From an uncultured Syntrophaceae bacterium (GTDB taxonomy: Bacteria; Desulfobacterota; Syntrophia; Syntrophales; UBA6807), in contig CAZGAK010000007.1 of NCBI GenBank assembly GCA_964523565.1, positions 306 to 64,305 of the forward strand: a stretch of DNA of 64,000 bases, written 5' to 3'. The notes under the pieces were generated by a model. It was given only the letters and a program-made list of their open reading frames with translations. It was not told the origin of the DNA and searched no databases. Below are positions 1-10,260 of this stretch, in pieces. A program made the position numbers and the translations under genes. Numbering within the stretch: position 1 is the first letter of the stretch; every line of letters starts with the position of its first letter.

Positions 1-783
1 TATAATATTATTAAAAAAGGGTACCCAATTTATCCCGCCGATATCGATTATGCCCACAGGATGCTTACCAGTAATGGTTCAATCGATATAGAAAAGATAT
101 TTCTTGACACGGTTTTTATCTCTTCAAAGAAAAGGTTCATTACCCCTAAGAGTATCGCCCAGAAATTGTATATCGATTCTATACGAAAACATGATATTGT
201 TTTCGCAATAGGTCCTGCCGGAACGGGGAAAACTTACCTTGCCATGGCTGTTGCTGTGGCCGCTCTGTTGGAAAAGCAAGTGAGTCGCATTGTTTTAACA
301 AGACCAGCCCTGGAAGCCGGTGAGAGGCTCGGTTTTCTCCCCGGTGATCTTGCGGAAAAGGTTAACCCCTATCTGAGGCCTCTTTATGATGCCCTGTATG
401 AGATGGTGAACTTTGACAGGGCATCTGCCCTGATAAATAAAGGGGTTATCGAGGTGGCCCCCCTTGCCTTTATGAGAGGAAGGACACTTAATGATTCCTT
501 TGTCATTCTCGATGAGGCGCAGAATACCACTTCTGAACAGATGAAGATGTTTTTGACCCGACTTGGTTTCGGCTCAAAAGCAGTTATAACGGGAGATGTA
601 ACTCAGACAGATCTACCGCCGGATAAAACATCGGGCCTGATAGAAGCAGAAAGAATTCTCGGTAAAACTAAGGGAATGCGGTTTGTCTATTTTTCGGGAA
701 TAGATGTGGTAAGACACCCCCTTGTCCAGGATATTATTCGTGCCTATAACCATCTCGACAGGAAAAAGGCGAATAATTTTTAA
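1..783 (+). CDS. phoH: PhoH-like ATPase (YbeZ family), 5' end outside window
   Basis: Walker A GPAGTGKT and Walker [10 protein letters not shown]. The frame stays open from nt 1 to the ATG at 61, and the P-loop lies too close to that Met for a full-length PhoH. Confidence 0.9.
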   Translation, partial: YNIIKKGYPIYPADIDYAHRMLTSNGSIDIEKIFLDTVFISSKKRFITPKSIAQKLYIDSIRKHDIVFAIGPAGTGKTYLAMAVAVAALLEKQVSRIVLTRPALEAGERLGFLPGDLAEKVNPYLRPLYDALYEMVNFDRASALINKGVIEVAPLAFMRGRTLNDSFVILDEAQNTTSEQMKMFLTRLGFGSKAVITGDVTQTDLPPDKTSGLIEAERILGKTKGMRFVYFSGIDVVRHPLVQDIIRAYNHLDRKKANNF

Positions 784-806
784 TATCAGTAACTTACATA
801 TATAAT

Positions 807-3188
807 ATGTCTAAAAACACAAAACGTTCCAGTCACAGAAACGGATCAGTACGAATTAATTTTATTCCGCAGTTCGCCAGAAATATTTTGTTTCAGAGAT
901 GGGCTGTCTTAATTTTAATGAGTCTGATTCTAACTCTCATCCTGTCCCCCCGGATTCATCTTATATCTTCAACGTATAACTTAGGAGCAATCGCAACAAA
1001 GGACATAAAGGCAGATAGTGACTTACTTGTAGAGGATAAAGTCTCGACAGAACAAAAAAAGTTAGAAGCTTTGGAAAAAGCAAAACCAATTTACGATTAC
1101 GATAGAGATATGCCGTCCTTAATTGGAATGACCATGGCTAAAGCCTTTCTCGCTATGGAAGAAACATATTACCGCATGGAAAGGGAAAATGCTTCTCCAG
1201 ACGACAGGAAGACCATTATTAAAAAGGCACGAAAAGCTTTTGAGCATACCATGGGTCTTACCCTCACAGAAAATGAATTTAAGACACTAAATAAGTACAA
1301 ATTTTCATTTGATATATGCAACAACAACGTAAAGTTGATCTATTCAGTATATAATGAAGGATTAATTGGTCAAGGAGACTTCGTAACTCTCAATACGGAT
1401 GAAGGCATTATTGTCAGGAATATCAGAACTCAAAATGAGGAAGAAATCAGCGACCTTTCCTCAATCCTTAACATGGATGAAGTTAATGAACGTATCTTGA
1501 AAAATTCAACTGTTATCTTCGCATATGCACCAAAAGACATAAGGGGGATCTCTGTTTCCCTTGTGAAAAGAGTAATCCGGCCAAATCTCACATTCGCCAG
1601 GAACGCGACGGAAAAAAGAAAACAGCATATCATGGATAACGTAAAACCGGTGTTCTATAAGGTTCAGAAAAATGAGATGATCGTCCGTGAAGGTGAAAAG
1701 ATTTCAGATGTTCAATTAGACAAACTCGCTGCCCTGTATAAAGAAGAGGATGGAAAAAGCTTCCTGAATATTTCCATACTCCTGGGGATGTTTCTTGCCA
1801 CTATGCTATTCTCCATTATTCTATATAAAATATTCAAAAATTTCCTTGTATCACGTGACAAGAATATAAACACTGACATCCTGTTGCTGGGGATTGCTGC
1901 CATCCTTCAGGTACTCCTTGCAAGAATAGGCATCTTTATATGTGAATCAATAAATCATGCGTTTCCTGTTATTCCTGCCAATGCCTGTTTATATGCCATA
2001 CCATTTGCGACGGCTACCATGCTTGTCGTGATTCTTCTCAATAGAGACGTTGGGTTGGTATTTTCTATTTTTTCGGCCTTTCTCATAAGCTTTCTTTTTG
2101 AAGAAAAAGCATTCATGTTCTTCTATTGCTTGCTCGGAAGCATGGTAGCGGCTTTCAAAATTTTTGAATGTAAAGAGCGCACGGCATTTTTCAAGACAGG
2201 TTTGTTTGTCGGTTTCGTTAATATGGCCGTTATTATCTGTCTGTCACTTCTCTCCGGTAAATTGATAACGACTGCTACGCTCATTAATCTTCTTATGGGA
2301 GCTATAGGTGGTATCCTCTCCGCTGCTGTCGTTTCCAGCATCGCGCCACTGTTTGAATCTGTTTTCGGCTATACTACCGATATAAAGCTTTTAGAACTGG
2401 CCAACCTGAATCAACCCATCTTTCAAAGGATGATTATGGTAGCTCCGGGAACGTATCACCACAGTATCATTGTGGCATCTATGGTAGAGGCGGCTGCAGA
2501 GGCAATAAGCGCAAATTCACTCATGGCCAAGGTTAGCGCCTATTATCACGATATAGGCAAGATGAAAAAATCTCTCTACTTTATCGAAAATCAAAAGGGT
2601 CCCGAGAACAAGCTTGATAAACTTTCACCCAAAATGAGCAGCCTGGTCATTATCTCTCATGTTAAAGAAGGATGTGAGATGGCAAAAGAATACAAGCTGG
2701 GCTCTGCAATTACTGATATTATAAAGCAGCATCATGGGACACGCACAGTCAGCTACTTTTACGAAAAGGCCCAACAGGACAAAGATCCTTCTGTTCGATC
2801 CATACCGGAAGACGAATTCAAGTATCCCGGACCTAAGCCTCAAACAAAGGAAGCAGGACTCGTTTTGCTCGGTGATATTATTGAAGCTTCATCAAGAACC
2901 CTGAAAAATCCGACACCTTCGCGGATAAAAAATCTGGTTGAGGACAGAATAAATCAAGTTTTAATGGAAGGTCAGCTCAATGATTCTGAATTAACATTCC
3001 ATGATCTCAGTAAAATTACAGAAAGTTTTATCAGGACTCTCAATGGAATTTTTCACCAGAGGATAGATTATCCCATGTCCGCTACCAGAGAAGATAATTT
3101 GGAAAAAGAAAAAAATGGCAATTCTCACAGAAAACCGTCAGAAAAAAATAAACATAAATATTCCAAGAGTTCGTCAGACACTCAATAA
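807..3188 (+). CDS. 7TM-HD membrane phosphohydrolase (PgpH/YqfF architecture)
   Basis: Long N-terminal region, a block of about 7 hydrophobic helices, and a C-terminal HD domain (HHSIIVASM, YYHDIGK, QHHGT). Confidence 0.85.
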   Translation: MSKNTKRSSHRNGSVRINFIPQFARNILFQRWAVLILMSLILTLILSPRIHLISSTYNLGAIATKDIKADSDLLVEDKVSTEQKKLEALEKAKPIYDYDRDMPSLIGMTMAKAFLAMEETYYRMERENASPDDRKTIIKKARKAFEHTMGLTLTENEFKTLNKYKFSFDICNNNVKLIYSVYNEGLIGQGDFVTLNTDEGIIVRNIRTQNEEEISDLSSILNMDEVNERILKNSTVIFAYAPKDIRGISVSLVKRVIRPNLTFARNATEKRKQHIMDNVKPVFYKVQKNEMIVREGEKISDVQLDKLAALYKEEDGKSFLNISILLGMFLATMLFSIILYKIFKNFLVSRDKNINTDILLLGIAAILQVLLARIGIFICESINHAFPVIPANACLYAIPFATATMLVVILLNRDVGLVFSIFSAFLISFLFEEKAFMFFYCLLGSMVAAFKIFECKERTAFFKTGLFVGFVNMAVIICLSLLSGKLITTATLINLLMGAIGGILSAAVVSSIAPLFESVFGYTTDIKLLELANLNQPIFQRMIMVAPGTYHHSIIVASMVEAAAEAISANSLMAKVSAYYHDIGKMKKSLYFIENQKGPENKLDKLSPKMSSLVIISHVKEGCEMAKEYKLGSAITDIIKQHHGTRTVSYFYEKAQQDKDPSVRSIPEDEFKYPGPKPQTKEAGLVLLGDIIEASSRTLKNPTPSRIKNLVEDRINQVLMEGQLNDSELTFHDLSKITESFIRTLNGIFHQRIDYPMSATREDNLEKEKNGNSHRKPSEKNKHKYSKSSSDTQ

Positions 3189-3564
3189 CATACTAAAATA
3201 TCTTCATGTAGAAGATAGTGAGATCAGCGTGCTCTTTGTTGATGACGAGGGTATCAAAGATATAAATAACCGGTACCTGAATAGAAACTATCCCACAAAT
3301 GTTATTGCATTTTCCATGAGAGAGGGAGAATTTGGAGATATTAATCCCCACATCCTTGGAGATATCGTTATATCTGTAGAAACAGCCTTACGAGATGCTG
3401 AGCAAGAAAACCTCCCATTTGAAGATGGGCTGGATTACCTTATGATTCACGGCATACTTCATCTTCTGGGATATGATCATGAAGAATCCGAAAGTGAATC
3501 AAAAAGGATGAAAGAAAAAGAAAAAGAAATCTTTTTTGACGCCAAGAGCTATATGATTGAATAG
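3115..3564 (+). CDS. ybeY: rRNA maturation endoribonuclease YbeY
   Basis: Zn-binding motif HGILHLLGYDH and typical size. The ATG at 3115 overlaps the pgpH-like tail by 74 nt. Confidence 0.9.
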   Translation: MAILTENRQKKININIPRVRQTLNNILKYLHVEDSEISVLFVDDEGIKDINNRYLNRNYPTNVIAFSMREGEFGDINPHILGDIVISVETALRDAEQENLPFEDGLDYLMIHGILHLLGYDHEESESESKRMKEKEKEIFFDAKSYMIE

Positions 3565-3585
3565 GTTCAGATTGAGACCTTTGAC

Positions 3586-5418
3586 CTATCTCGCCACAAC
3601 AATAACCTGTCCGGGGTAAATATTGTCCTTCTTGCTTAAACCATTCAGTCTTAAAAGTTCATGAACACTGAGTTTATGTTTTTCTGCAATGGAGCCGATG
3701 CAGTCACCCTTTTGCACTACATAACTGTTTTTTCCTGAACCGGATCTAATGCTGAGAACCTGTCCGACCTTAAGCCTGTTGCTTTGCAGCCCATTCAGTT
3801 TCTTTATTTCAGAAACAGTCGTATCGTAACGCCTTGCTATGACCCACAAAGAACTGCCTTTTTTTACATTATAGGTTATTATTTCTCCTTTTTGTGGTTT
3901 TGTAATCCTCTTTGAAGGTTCGAAAGCTCCCTCTTCAACATAAGTATAACCCCGGAGTGGAATCTTAAGAGTTTTTCCTGCTCTGATTCTATGCCTGGAT
4001 GTCAAATGATTGGCCCTTACAATTGCTCTGACGGAGCTTCCATATTTTCTGGCAATTGTTGAAAGTGACTCACCCTTTTTGATCCTGTGCCTGACATATC
4101 TCGCACTCCCCGGTAATTTAGCTTTAGGAATTTGATTAACAACGAGAGCAAATCGCTCTGCCGTCCCGCGGGGAATCTTAAGATCATATTCTTTATCGGG
4201 CGTTACTTTAAATCTGAGCTCTGAATTAAGAGCAACCAATTCATTCTCCGGTACTTTGAGGTGATGGCTAATATCCTTCAATCGCATGCATTTATTTGTT
4301 CTCACCACTTCATAATCGATTGGTTTATCTATATTTTCAGGCAGATCCATCCCATATTTCTTCGGGTCCTTTATTATATGCAGTACTGCAATAAAACGAG
4401 GCACATATTGTGCTGTTTCGACCGGTAATTGATTATAAAGATCCCAGAAGTTATCCAGATAATTCATGTGCTGCCTGGATATTACTCTCAATACCCTCCC
4501 CTCCCCGCAATTATATGCGGCAAGCACGGTCTGCCAATCTCCGAATATTTCATGGAGGCTTTTCATGAACGCTATAGCCGCCTGAGTTGATTTTTCAATG
4601 TCCATCCGCTCGTCAATCCAGTGGTCACGCTTAAGGCCGAATTTATAGCCTGTAGAGGGTATAAATTGCCATAAACCGAGTGCACGGGCGGAAGATAAGG
4701 CCTTGATTTTAAAGCCACTTTCAACTAACGGAAGCCATGACAGTTCCTCAGGCAAGCCGGCGTTTTTCAACTTTTCTAATATAAGTGGACGGTATCTGCC
4801 GGATCGCTTATAGGAATCAATAAAGAATTTGCGCTCTCCACGCTGGTAACGCCGGATCTCTTTTTTTACATCAGCATTCATTGCAAGGGGTATTTCACTT
4901 TGATATCCAGTCGCAACGTTACTTCTCGATGTATAAATTTCCAGAATCCGCTTTGCTATCATAAAACGCAAATCATCTTTTTGCCAGGCAATGCGCGGTT
5001 CACCATCAACATCTAATATAAGTGAATACGCCTGATCCAGGAGGCTCAGTGAGTTATCAAGATTTCCTTTTTCCCACTGAATCTGGGACTGATCGAGCAA
5101 TTCAAGGGCTTGATCCATGTTTTCCTGCTCTTGAGCCTGACGTTGTTGATCACCGTTTGAAGACTTGTTGTTCGGTGTTATTTCAGAAGATGAATTCGAA
5201 CCTTCATTGGATTCTACTATGTCCTCTCCAACAGCAGAAGAGCTTTCTTTTCCATTTTCTTTTACATTGACTTGATCTTCAGATGCGACAGAAACATCCG
5301 GGACTCCTTTGGAATTATTTAGATGTTCATCACGGATTATATTAATTGGAAAGGAACAGGAAAGTAAAAAAAATGACAAAAATGATATGAGCGCTACCCG
5401 GAATCTCAACGTGAACAT
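3586..5418 (-). CDS. Membrane-bound lytic transglycosylase with C-terminal LysM repeats (MltD-like)
   Basis: Signal/lipobox-like N-terminus (LLSCSF), SLT core (LVESGF, GLWQFIPSTG, AAYNCGEG) and three LysM-like repeats at the C-terminus. RBS GGAG lies upstream of ATG 5418. Confidence 0.85.
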   Translation of the reverse strand: MFTLRFRVALISFLSFFLLSCSFPINIIRDEHLNNSKGVPDVSVASEDQVNVKENGKESSSAVGEDIVESNEGSNSSSEITPNNKSSNGDQQRQAQEQENMDQALELLDQSQIQWEKGNLDNSLSLLDQAYSLILDVDGEPRIAWQKDDLRFMIAKRILEIYTSRSNVATGYQSEIPLAMNADVKKEIRRYQRGERKFFIDSYKRSGRYRPLILEKLKNAGLPEELSWLPLVESGFKIKALSSARALGLWQFIPSTGYKFGLKRDHWIDERMDIEKSTQAAIAFMKSLHEIFGDWQTVLAAYNCGEGRVLRVISRQHMNYLDNFWDLYNQLPVETAQYVPRFIAVLHIIKDPKKYGMDLPENIDKPIDYEVVRTNKCMRLKDISHHLKVPENELVALNSELRFKVTPDKEYDLKIPRGTAERFALVVNQIPKAKLPGSARYVRHRIKKGESLSTIARKYGSSVRAIVRANHLTSRHRIRAGKTLKIPLRGYTYVEEGAFEPSKRITKPQKGEIITYNVKKGSSLWVIARRYDTTVSEIKKLNGLQSNRLKVGQVLSIRSGSGKNSYVVQKGDCIGSIAEKHKLSVHELLRLNGLSKKDNIYPGQVIVVAR

Positions 5419-5482
5419 TCGTTATCTCCTCTATTGTGTTTCATCTACAAAAATAATTTTCAGTACAATTAGTAAACAATCT

Positions 5483-6572
5483 TTAACTCATCAGATATGA
5501 CTCAATAAAATCATCTATATCGCCATCTAACACCCTGTCTACATTTCCTGCTTCCGTATTCGTCCTGTGATCTTTTATCATTCTATACGGATGAAGAACA
5601 TAAGAACGTATCTGACTCCCAAAAGCTATCGTTTTTTGGGATTTGCTCATATCCCGTAATTTTTCATTTTGTTCCTTAAGTCTCATCTCGTAAAGCCTCG
5701 ACCTCAGAACCTTCATTGCTACAGCTTTATTTTTGTGTTGTGACCTTTCATTCTGACATTGTACAACGACTCCCGTGGGAATATGGGTAATCCTGACGGC
5801 TGAATCGGTCTTGTTAACGTGCTGCCCCCCCGCACCGCTTGACCTGTATGTATCTATTCTCAAATCTTTTTCATTAATCTCTATCACGATATCATCATCA
5901 ATCTCCGGATACACAAAGACCGATGCAAATGAGGTATGCCTTCTTTTACCGGTATCAAAGGGAGATATTCGCACAAGCCTGTGTATGCCAGCCTCAGCCT
6001 TTGCGTAACCGTATGCGTATTCTCCTTCCAGAGTAAAGGTTACACTCTTTACGCCGGCTTCATCACCAGGCTGGAAGTCAATTATTTGTGTTTTAAATCC
6101 CTTTCTTTCACACCATCTCAAGTACATACGTTGAAGCATTTCCGTCCAATCCTGTGCTTCTGTACCGCCCGCGCCTGAGTGAATGGTCATAATTGCATTA
6201 TGAGAGTCCTTTTCTTCGCTCAACATTCTTTTTAGCTCATCATCCCTGACAGAAGCCCTGAGATTATCGATATCCGTTTCAATCTCTCTCAGCGTTTCTT
6301 CGTCATTCTCCTCCCGGGCCATATCGAAGAGGATTTTCAGGTCGAGCAGGGTATTTTGCTTTTTCTCCCAATTATCGATAGCAAGTTCTATCTCGCTCTT
6401 TTCTTTCAGTATCTTTTTGGCCGCTTCCTGATCATCCCAGAAATCATCTTTCAATACCTGTTTTTCGAGTTCCTTGATCTTCATTTCCTTATCATTTATG
6501 TCAAAGATAACCTCGCAAGATGTTGATTCTGGTTTCAAGATCATGTATTGCTTCTGAAATATCTTCAATCAT
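5483..6572 (-). CDS. prfB: Peptide chain release factor 2, expressed via programmed +1 frameshift
   Basis: SPF (RISPFD) and GGQ (SGAGGQHVN) motifs. The true start is ATG 6572 (MIEDISEAIHDLETRINILRGYL). An in-frame TGA lies at 6503-6501, and the +1 frame continues DINDKEM... The track ORF N-terminus is an out-of-frame artefact. Confidence 0.9.
6500..6515 (-). other. prfB +1 programmed frameshift site
   Basis: Minus strand reads CGA GGT TAT CTT TGA C: an SD-like GAGG, slippery CTT, then UGA followed by C. This is the same logic as the E. coli prfB site. Confidence 0.85.
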
Positions 6573-8091
6573 CAGTCTTTCTCCTTTTTAATGAAATAAA
6601 AAAAATCCCCGTTAAACAAATGAAGCATAAATATATAAATACATTACCATATTTCGAATAAAAAGTACACTCATCGACGAACCCTACCACTCCATTGAGA
6701 GCTGTCCTCTCAAACAGGCCGGTTCGGGAAATAATCTCACCTGTCGGACTTATTATAGCGCTTATGCCCGTATTGGCCGCCCTTATAATGTAAAGACGGT
6801 TTTCTATGGCTCTGAACGCGGTCATTGTCAGATGTTGATAAGGGGCTGAAGAGGTACCAAACCAGGCGTCATTGGTTATATTAACCAGCAAGGTAGCTCC
6901 TTTTTTCTTATAGCCCCTGCTGATTTGAGGGAAAATACCCTCATAACATATCAAAACCCCTGTTTTCTCATCACCAACAGTAAGAGGGATTGGCCCCTTA
7001 CCCGGAATAAAATCTCCAACACCGACGACCAGTTTTTCAAGAAAGAAAAAAAGCCTGCGCAGTGGAACATATTCACCATACGGTACCAGATGTATTTTAT
7101 CATACCTTCCTGTAATTTCACCGTCCGGCGATATCAGGTAGGCACTGTTTAGAAATAAATTTTTGCTTCCTTTTCTAATATAACTTGGGCTTCCAAATAA
7201 GAGATAAGAATTTGTCTCTTTTGCTATATTGATGATAACTCTGTGTTTGTCATCAATATTCTGGAAAAAAAAAGGCGCCGCCGTCTCAGGCCATACAATT
7301 AAATTGACACCTGATTCCGACATCCCAAGAGATAACTTTCTGTATATTTTCAGTGTATCACTCTGATATTTGTCGTTCCATTTCACACTCTGGTCAATAT
7401 TACCCTGGATTATCGCAACATTTTCCGTTCTCATTTCTTTTGTCGCATTTTTCATACCATCCAGCCGGTACAGACCATAGCAAAAAATCAACCCTATAAC
7501 GGTAAAACCCACAATCAACCCTGATAAAACTCTTCTTTTCGATTCAGAGGTTACCGTGATTATTTCGTAAAGAATACAATTTACAAGAACGATTACAAAG
7601 GTCAGTCCGTAAGTTCCCGTTATATCAACAACCTGAATAAAAGAGATCATTCCATGCAAAGAATAGGCAAGATTTTCCCACGGAAACCCCGTAAAAAGAT
7701 GTGATTTTGCGTATTCAAGGCATGTCCAGAGTATGGGGGCTGAAATTATTTCATTTATCCCTTTTCTCCTGAAAAAAACAACGCCTGCCGAGAAGAGGGA
7801 TACATAGAGACCCAGATAAAGGGCGAGAAGCAACATGACAAAAAAGCCGAGATATAAGGGAAGATAACCATATTGAACAACAACAAAGGAAACCCAGTAG
7901 ATTATTCCGATATTGTATACAAGACCGGTGGCAAGACCCAACCGAAATGCTTCCCCGAAACTCACCCTCTGCAGTGCACTTAGAAGGGGCACAAGAGAGA
8001 ACCAGACAAGAAAGCTGAGATCAAACTTTGGAAAGGAAAGAAAAAGGAGAATTCCGGAAGCTAAAGATAAGATTAATGTTTTCTTGCCCAT
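6565..8091 (-). CDS. lnt: Apolipoprotein N-acyltransferase
   Basis: Multi-TM N-terminal half plus CN-hydrolase domain (IVWPETA, VLICYEGIFP). The 3' end overlaps the prfB start by 8 nt. Confidence 0.9.
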   Translation of the reverse strand: MGKKTLILSLASGILLFLSFPKFDLSFLVWFSLVPLLSALQRVSFGEAFRLGLATGLVYNIGIIYWVSFVVVQYGYLPLYLGFFVMLLLALYLGLYVSLFSAGVVFFRRKGINEIISAPILWTCLEYAKSHLFTGFPWENLAYSLHGMISFIQVVDITGTYGLTFVIVLVNCILYEIITVTSESKRRVLSGLIVGFTVIGLIFCYGLYRLDGMKNATKEMRTENVAIIQGNIDQSVKWNDKYQSDTLKIYRKLSLGMSESGVNLIVWPETAAPFFFQNIDDKHRVIINIAKETNSYLLFGSPSYIRKGSKNLFLNSAYLISPDGEITGRYDKIHLVPYGEYVPLRRLFFFLEKLVVGVGDFIPGKGPIPLTVGDEKTGVLICYEGIFPQISRGYKKKGATLLVNITNDAWFGTSSAPYQHLTMTAFRAIENRLYIIRAANTGISAIISPTGEIISRTGLFERTALNGVVGFVDECTFYSKYGNVFIYLCFICLTGIFFISLKRRKTDD

Positions 8092-8129
8092 TACCCCGGT
8101 TTACCCTTTTCCCTTACCTGTACACATTT

Positions 8130-8966
8130 TTATAAAGCTTTAGAACCGCTACCTACCCTTTTTATTCTCACTTTTTTTATACTTCTTTCATCGGCTGATT
8201 CAATGATCATCTCGAAGTTATCATTCTGAATGACTTCTCCCGGTACGGGAACTTTTCTGACAATATGAAAAATAAACCCTCCAAGGGTCTCAAATTTTCC
8301 CTCTGGTATCTTTACGTCGAAATATTCTTCAAATTCTTCAATTTCCACCCTGCCGTCTACGAGTACATCTCCGTTGGGAAGAACCGTGAAAGCATCCTCT
8401 TCCATATCATGTTCATCATGTATTTCACCTACTATTTCCTCTATAAGGTCTTCCAGTGTCACAAGACCGGCAGTGCCTCCATATTCATCAATGACGATAG
8501 CCATGTGGGACTTTTTATCCTTTAATTCATGAAGCAGAAGATGTATATTTTTTGTTTCCGGAATGTAATACGCTTTCCTGAGAATCGATGATATGTCGCA
8601 CGCATCGGAAGGCCGTGCCCAGAATTTCAGAAGATCTTTTACATTTAATATCCCTATAATGTTATCCACACTTCCGTCGTATACAGGCATTCTCGTATGA
8701 CCATGTTTTAAAATTAATTCGAGGACATCTTCTATCGTAGAATCGCTGCTTACAGCAACAATCTCCGTCCGTGGGACTACTACTTCTCGAACTATTTTCT
8801 CCCTGAGCTCAAGAATGCTCTGAATCATTTCACCTGATTGCTGATCAATCAGATTTTTTTTCTTTCCCGCATCGATGATTGATTTAATCTCCTCTTCAAG
8901 ATCAAATTCCTCTTTGTCTTTGCCGATTTTTGATAAGAGACTGTCAATCCACGGTTTATGTTTCAT
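8130..8966 (-). CDS. corC: CBS-pair / CorC_HlyC domain protein (CorC/YbeX type)
   Basis: Two CBS repeats followed by a CorC_HlyC-type C-terminal domain, with no TM segment. Confidence 0.85.
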   Translation of the reverse strand: MKHKPWIDSLLSKIGKDKEEFDLEEEIKSIIDAGKKKNLIDQQSGEMIQSILELREKIVREVVVPRTEIVAVSSDSTIEDVLELILKHGHTRMPVYDGSVDNIIGILNVKDLLKFWARPSDACDISSILRKAYYIPETKNIHLLLHELKDKKSHMAIVIDEYGGTAGLVTLEDLIEEIVGEIHDEHDMEEDAFTVLPNGDVLVDGRVEIEEFEEYFDVKIPEGKFETLGGFIFHIVRKVPVPGEVIQNDNFEMIIESADERSIKKVRIKRVGSGSKAL

Positions 8967-9009
8967 AGAGATAATAAACCCCCTATTATGAGTTCCATGC
9001 TTCAGTTAC

Positions 9010-9037
9010 CAACTCGAAACTTGAAACTTTAAACTTT
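9010..9037. repeat. Heptamer tandem array, GAAACTT family (4 units)
   Basis: CCAACTC GAAACTT GAAACTT TAAACTT, between the corC start and the radical-SAM stop. The same 7-mer recurs at 56588-56608. Confidence 0.8.
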
Positions 9038-9039
9038 AT

Positions 9040-9912
9040 TCACAATCCACGCATGAACTCAGGTCTGAGTATATTGTGATTTCCTGATTGAATCACACTG
9101 TGGATGAGTTTTACGGTTTCATCCTTCTCCTCGGGCATCCGGGCCCTTACAGGCAGGTAATTTGAGGCATGGTTGGATGTAAAGAAACAGTTCGTAAAAT
9201 CGGAGTTGGAAACGATAATGCCAAGCTCTTCAAGAAAACCAAACGTGTCGGGAAGTTCAAAAGTTTTTGAAATATATTCCTCATACAGAGGAGTGCCGGG
9301 AATAAGCATAACGGTGAGGGCTCCGACATAATCAGGATCTATTTCGGTCAGTATTCTGGCTGTACCAAGGGCATGATCCACACTTTTCTCTTTGCCTCCG
9401 ATTCCAAGAAGCACGGTAACCGACAGTTTCATGCCTGCATCTTTAATCATTCTGCCTGCCTTTACCATCTGCTCATAACTGACCCCTTTGTTAATCCTGT
9501 CCAGTAATTCCTCGTTTCCCGTTTCTACACCGAGATAAACGATCTTAATGCCCAATGCCCTCAATTGCCTCAATTCATCGGGGGTTTTTCGAAGAATACT
9601 TTTTGCGTTGGCATATGTTCCAACCCTCTTTAACCCCTTTATATTAGATCTCAGTGACTCCAGAACAGGTACCAGTTTTCTCTGTGGTATAATCAGGGCA
9701 TCTCCATCACAGAGAAAGACCCTCTCAATGAAACCGTAACTGCTCGCTTCCAGTATATCTTCTTCGATTTCACTGAAATCTTTAATCCTGAATCTTTTCC
9801 CACTGTAAGTACCGCAAAAGTTACACTTATTATGGGAACATCCAGCGGTTACCTGCAACAGCAAACTGTTGGCCTCACTGGGAGGCCTGATAATTACACC
9901 TTCGTATTTCAT
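9040..9912 (-). CDS. Radical SAM enzyme, unassigned subfamily
   Basis: The N-terminal cluster motif is GCSHNKCNFC (CX4CX2C, not the canonical CX3CX2C), with a TIM-barrel-like alternating pattern afterwards. There is no C-terminal SPASM-like Cys cluster. Confidence 0.8.
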   Translation of the reverse strand: MKYEGVIIRPPSEANSLLLQVTAGCSHNKCNFCGTYSGKRFRIKDFSEIEEDILEASSYGFIERVFLCDGDALIIPQRKLVPVLESLRSNIKGLKRVGTYANAKSILRKTPDELRQLRALGIKIVYLGVETGNEELLDRINKGVSYEQMVKAGRMIKDAGMKLSVTVLLGIGGKEKSVDHALGTARILTEIDPDYVGALTVMLIPGTPLYEEYISKTFELPDTFGFLEELGIIVSNSDFTNCFFTSNHASNYLPVRARMPEEKDETVKLIHSVIQSGNHNILRPEFMRGL

Positions 9913-9917
9913 TTTGA

Positions 9918-10133
9918 TTACTCTGGCCTTATTCCACCATAAGGATTAATATCAATATCATCGTGGCATGGATTGCAATAGAACATTACGTCCACACTAC
10001 TGCAACCATGTGGCATCATATCAAAAATTCGACAATCTTCACAAAGTGGTATGCCACACCCGTTGCAATAAACCACCGCATTTCCTTTTCCACATACTGT
10101 GCATTCTTCTTCGCCTTTTACTATAATGACCAT
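9918..10133 (-). CDS. Small Cys-rich (9 Cys, 71 aa) zinc-ribbon/B-box-like protein
   Basis: Cys pattern is CxxC-x8-CxxC-x4-CxxC-x9-C-x8-CxxCH. RBS AAGGA lies 8 nt upstream of ATG 10133, and the stop is 5 nt from the radical-SAM ATG. The longer track ORF reads through a repeat element. Confidence 0.6.
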   Translation of the reverse strand: MVIIVKGEEECTVCGKGNAVVYCNGCGIPLCEDCRIFDMMPHGCSSVDVMFYCNPCHDDIDINPYGGIRPE

Positions 10134-10171
10134 TTCCAATGTCCTTTCATTTTTCAGCTGATCTTGATGAA

Positions 10172-10260
10172 TTAGCAAAAAGTCAGAAATCCGTCCATTT
10201 GTCATTCCCGCGGAAGCGGGAATCCAGTATTTACATATGGTTACTTTTTGTACTTTTCGA
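10172..10260. repeat. MITE-like element, copy A (single core, second core deleted)
   Basis: TTAGCAAAAAGTCAGAAA...GTCATTCCCGCGGAAGCGGGAATCC...TTTTTGTACTTTTCGA. The left arm aligns with copy C (52295-). Confidence 0.6.

Noticed and set aside
5483-6568. Track ORF for RF2 starting MKIFQKQYMILKPESTSCEVIF.
   Set aside because: The first ~22 residues are the +1 frame read upstream of the programmed frameshift. The real N-terminus is in frame 0 from ATG 6572.
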